The position numbers and the translations under genes were made by a program. Positions 59,569 through 64,000 of a DNA stretch of 64,000 nucleotides are shown piece by piece. The DNA is from Strigamia acuminata. Taxonomy: Eukaryota. The notes under the pieces are model-generated. The model was not told the DNA's origin and ran no database searches. It was given only the letters and a program-made list of their open reading frames with translations. The number at the start of each line of letters is the position of its first letter. The stretch's first letter is position 1. The stretch is taken from contig OX442314.1 of the NCBI GenBank assembly GCA_949358305.1, forward strand, positions 21,700,001 to 21,764,000, in the 5' to 3' direction.

Positions 59569-62500
59569 TCATTTGGTATTCAATCGAATTATACGCTTCA
59601 GTCTACGTACTAAAGCTTCCATAAAACTGCTCCGAGTATCCTGAAGAGTGTGTATCTATTTAAAAACGAATAAACATGTAATTAAGAAATCAATCTTATC
59701 AATTGCAGTAGTTGTAGTACCTGGACAATTTCGTGCAGTTTTCTAAACACAGTTTCATTGATACAAGACAAAACCTCCGCTTTCAGATGCGTTAAATTTT
59801 CGTTCGATATTTCAAACTCATTTGTGCCGCCCCTTGAATCCAATTGATTGTTCCACGATTTTCCCAAGACCATCCCGGAATCCACGGTAGTGCAGTTGAC
59901 CAGATAATGTTCCAAATGAATCCACACCAAGTACAGCGTATTCTCGATCATATCTAAGCGACGAATTAAGTCCAACACAACGATAAAACACAAACAAAAC
60001 AAACAAAAGCTTTCTGGCAAAGGATACACGAGTACAATTTCACTTCTTGCGATTTGTAACTGAGCAATTTAAGCAAACACTGCCTCGCTTTGTGCTTGCG
60101 AATTTGTCCGGACAGCTTCTCATTCAGATCCGGTAAAAACTCTTTCATTTCTTCGTAGCTCAGTTCGGATAACGAGTTATATTTCTTAATGAAATTACTG
60201 TGCGCCGTGTAAGATTGCAAAAACAAATCGATGCATTTCTGGAGATGATAAACAACAACCCCCAAATTCGGTGTGCGAGGGATCGTGAGCATGACTCGAT
60301 AATCTGTACGAGACAAAACAAAATTACAAAAATAAAATAATTTACTTTTAAAAAGAACTTACCTTCCAAATCAAACGCATCTTTGTTAATCGCCTCGTTC
60401 AGATTAGGTAAAAATATAATCGGACAAAGTCTGCGATCATCACCAGGTGGAGTAACGACCGATCGACAGTACAAAACTGTTCCGCTTAAAACTTCCAGCA
60501 ATCTAATTTGCATTTCATTTTGAGTAAACCCGGACACGCCTTCGGTATTAACGCTCGACTTGGTGGAATCCGTCAGCGCGTAACGCTGAAACAACGCAAC
60601 CATGAAACGTTGAAGCCGCTTCACGTGAGATTGAATCTCTATAGTAACAGTCGGGTCCTGCTCATCGATATATTCTAAAACATTAAATTAAAATTAAAAA
60701 CTAAGAACATTAAAATGACAAATTTTAAAACCTACCAACAGCTGCAGCTCGCGCAACAACTCTCGCAACTAGCGATAACTCTTGCAGGGTCGCTAGCGTC
60801 AACTTGACGTGTCTTTCGCGCAGAATTGTACAAAAAACTTCCACGTGCGCAACGACAAATCGCAACAGTTCCGTCGCTGCATTTATATTGTTGTGTCCCA
60901 GTGAGGTGGTGATGGCTAAACACAGTCTCAACACGGGGAAAAGAATCTGTCGATAACGGCCGATCGACATCATTAAAAATCCGTCCTCGTCCGCAGATGC
61001 ATTTGGATTGAACATCGGTAAAACAGATGCATGACTAAATATAAGCACAAAAACAAATAATTCAATAATTTAACAAAAAAAAACGATTTTACTCACTTTA
61101 TTTCGTATTCCGGTCTCATATCGAACACTTTACACTCCACCAACGTTTTCATAATCCCGTTTTCGAGCAACGCGTAAGCGCCGGATGCCGACAAAGCCAA
61201 ACGTGACAACAACGCCATTTTAGACTCGTAGATGTAAAGAGCTCTCAACGGTTCCGTAGCGGAAAGAATCAAATTTTGCAATTGCTGATTGTCTTGCAGT
61301 AAACTTTCGATCAAATGGCGCAAATAACCTTTCGACACCAAATAGTTCAACCAATGCTCGTTGCGGTCCGTCGAGACGATGACATCAACACAAGCCAACG
61401 TCAACATCTACAAATCACACAAAAAAATCAAATTAAATTGACACCAACTAATATTTAAGTCTACAAACCCGATTCACGTCGTGCGACGTGCAGCAATCCC
61501 TACAAACCACTTCCATGAAATGTTCGCCGTACCCCAAGATAATCTCCACATTTTCCCGGCTTAATTTTTCGTGCTCCATCTCCTGATCCAAAGTGACGCG
61601 ATGATCCAACAACTTGTGCGTATCTTTATCTTCAAAAAATAAAACAAAAGCATAATTTCATCAGTATTAAACACTTTTAAATCAAACTCACGATTGTACA
61701 AAGCTGGAAACGGTTGTGGTTTCTTCGCAATGCGTAGAAAATTCAACAACGCTGCGTAATAATTAGCACGGACCCTTTGCGGACCACCGCCAGACTTCAA
61801 AATACATTCTAACAAGCCTTTTAGGACGACTTGTAGCGACGAGCTACGGAACAGGCGCGTCGAACTGGCTAAAGTCGATTCCGAAAGAACGTTAAAACTG
61901 CTCGCGCTCAAGTTTTCTTTATCCACGTCCGTTTCGCTGGCGATGAAACATTGACGAAGATTTGCCAAAAGAGTTAAGATGATCCCCGACACCAAATGGG
62001 AGAGTTCAGAGACGGATGATTGGTTAAGTACTTTGTGGATGAGTTCCTGGATGAGTTCAAAGAGAACGGTTTGGCGTTTTTCGCCTTCGAGAACCTCCGA
62101 TGGGTAAGCCGTTAGAATAATCTCCGTGATTTGTCTCCACGAATCGAACATGAGCCGTTTGGCGTGCAAGTTTTCGCGGATTTTATTCCGTTTGACGACG
62201 TAACTCAAAATGTTTTGAATTTCCTATTGAAAAAGAAAAAAAAGAAAAAAAAATAACATTTTAACTTTTAATTTCGTTGTCAACATTTTTTTTTGGAGTT
62301 TACCTGCGTGATAAGCGGTCTCTGGCCCAAAGCAGAAGAGCCTTTTAAATCATTTAATTCACGATTCAGAAGTTGATGTAACAGCAGAACGTTGACAACC
62401 GTCAATCCATTCGTTTGACGTTTTTCACACTGACTTATGGCGAGTTCAGCCGACGACGGGTCAAAATATTCCCATTGCGGTGGGTCGGGGTAATTCTCGG

Positions 62501-64000
62501 TGAAATCGATGGCATCTAATATGGATAAAAGTTTTCTGCGTACAATTCCAGCCGTCACGATGTTGCTCGGTCTAAGTTGGCTTAAACTACTAATTGTGAT
62601 GTCGCGAGTCGGTCCGTCTCCTTCAACAGCCGTTTCATTCGATAATGCAACATCAGGATTAGTGTCAATTAACAAATTGACTAATCTTTGAACTTGCGAT
62701 CGTTGTCGATTCAGCGATGTCACGTGGATTTCAATGGCAGCCAACTTCAAAATCCACGCTTGTTGCAGCAACGTGTAGGAATTGAAACGTTTTGAAACAT
62801 CTATTAAAAGTTTTTTTTAAAAAAAAATATTAATAAATATAATATAACAAAATATTTGTTTTCAAAAATTAAATTTTACCAGAATTTTTCAATTTAAAAG
62901 GTAAACATTGAAGTTGCCGATAAAGAAAATCGTGAGTCGTTCTCAAGTATCTCAAAATAGGCGCCGACGTGTCTTTATCCGCCGCCAAATCGTGCAGCAA
63001 ATGATAATAAGATTCCGCCAACATCGGTGCATCGCGAACGCACGATGGTTCTTGCCGGGAGTTTCCTTTAAGCGACAATTGATTCAGGATCACGTGAAGA
63101 CACGTCCGAGGCGAATTCAAAACACCTAAAAATAACTCGGTATTAATTAACGGATAAATTAAAATTCCATTCGACCGAACCTGCTTCCTGCAGCACCGTC
63201 TTATTAATGGGTTTACGTAGATCAAAACCCAGCAGAAAATGTGCCAAGTTCGCTTGTGGTTGAGGAAGACAAGTTAACATTAACTGAACAATGTTGCGAC
63301 GCGTGACTTGCGGCGAATGCACTTCGTTCGCCTCTCCGGCCGCGTCAAACGTCTGATCAAACGATTCGGTTTCGTCGCTGTCGAGAGTTTCCACGAATCC
63401 GTTGAGCAACTCTTTGGCTTCGGTTTCGTTCATCGTAAACAGCGTGACTAGTTGCGGCTGCACGACTGGAGATTGACATAAATGACGTAGAATTTTTGTC
63501 ACGTGGAAAACATGTTCCGGTAAAAAACTGCCCAAAGTGGTGAACCTGTCAAAACAACAAAATAATATTTAAAACCGATTCAATCCGAGCAAACTCATCG
63601 TCAAAAATTCACTTCGTGATGCAGACTATGTAGTCAGCTCGTCCGCTGCGAGGATTGATCATCAGTAGCAACTTGTCTATGCTCGACACGAGCAGCGACG
63701 ACCCAAATTCGCGTAATAAATCGAGAAATTTCGTTTGTTTTTCTAACACGGTACTGATCAGCTTCAAAGCAAGCAGGCTGCTTTTTTGTAAATTCTCTTT
63801 CCCTGGAAAATTCGTGTACTGCGATAACAGCTGAACAGCTTCAGTGATGATGTACAAAACCTGAGCAAAATAATTAAACGTAAAATAAAATCAAAATAAA
63901 CACGCGAACCCGTATTTTTTTTATTACCATTTTGAGCATTGAGCTGTCATGGAGCATATAAACGAGAATGTTGTGCCCCGGACGTTTGTTGGCGGTCGTC
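59569..64000 (-). CDS. Nup205: Nucleoporin Nup205, 3' portion (multi-exon, runs off the window)
   Basis: Segments include NLAHFLLGFDL, PRTCLHVIL, TSAPILRYLRT, WILKLAAIEIH, QRVRANYYAALL, YLVSKGYLRHL, YESKMALLSRLA, LYLVWIHLEHYL, and the C-terminus EALVRRLKRIIRLNTK*. Confidence 0.93.

Overview
AT-rich invertebrate animal (probably arthropod) genomic DNA with short GT-AG introns. Left part: a 5'-truncated CR1/Jockey-type LINE, then a tandem cluster of small single-pass membrane genes (two CUB-LDLa-TM genes with PY motifs, one CUB-like-TM gene with its duplicated and damaged copy, and one ectodomain-less relative) with Tc1/mariner remnants. An intact, very young 12.9-kb Ty3/gypsy LTR retrotransposon (12931-25795, minus strand) has inserted into the duplicated copy. 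It has 819-bp LTRs that look identical by eye, an AACT target-site duplication, a tRNA-Pro PBS, gag, and pol reached by a -1 frameshift. Two things in it are unusual. First, it carries a third, non-env gene of about 967 aa that appears to have its own spliceosomal intron. Second, at least nine stem-loops with unrelated stems share the same CCCAGA loop on the element's RNA strand, two of them right next to splice donors. This suggests a 'complex' retrotransposon with its own RNA-element/regulator system, which is a hypothesis only. Right part: conserved host genes Syt1, Wee1, an LRMP/IRAG/KASH5-like KASH protein, PRR5/Protor-like, a UGT with a degenerate signature, and the 3' part of Nup205. 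All coordinates and exon models were read by eye; no searches were run.
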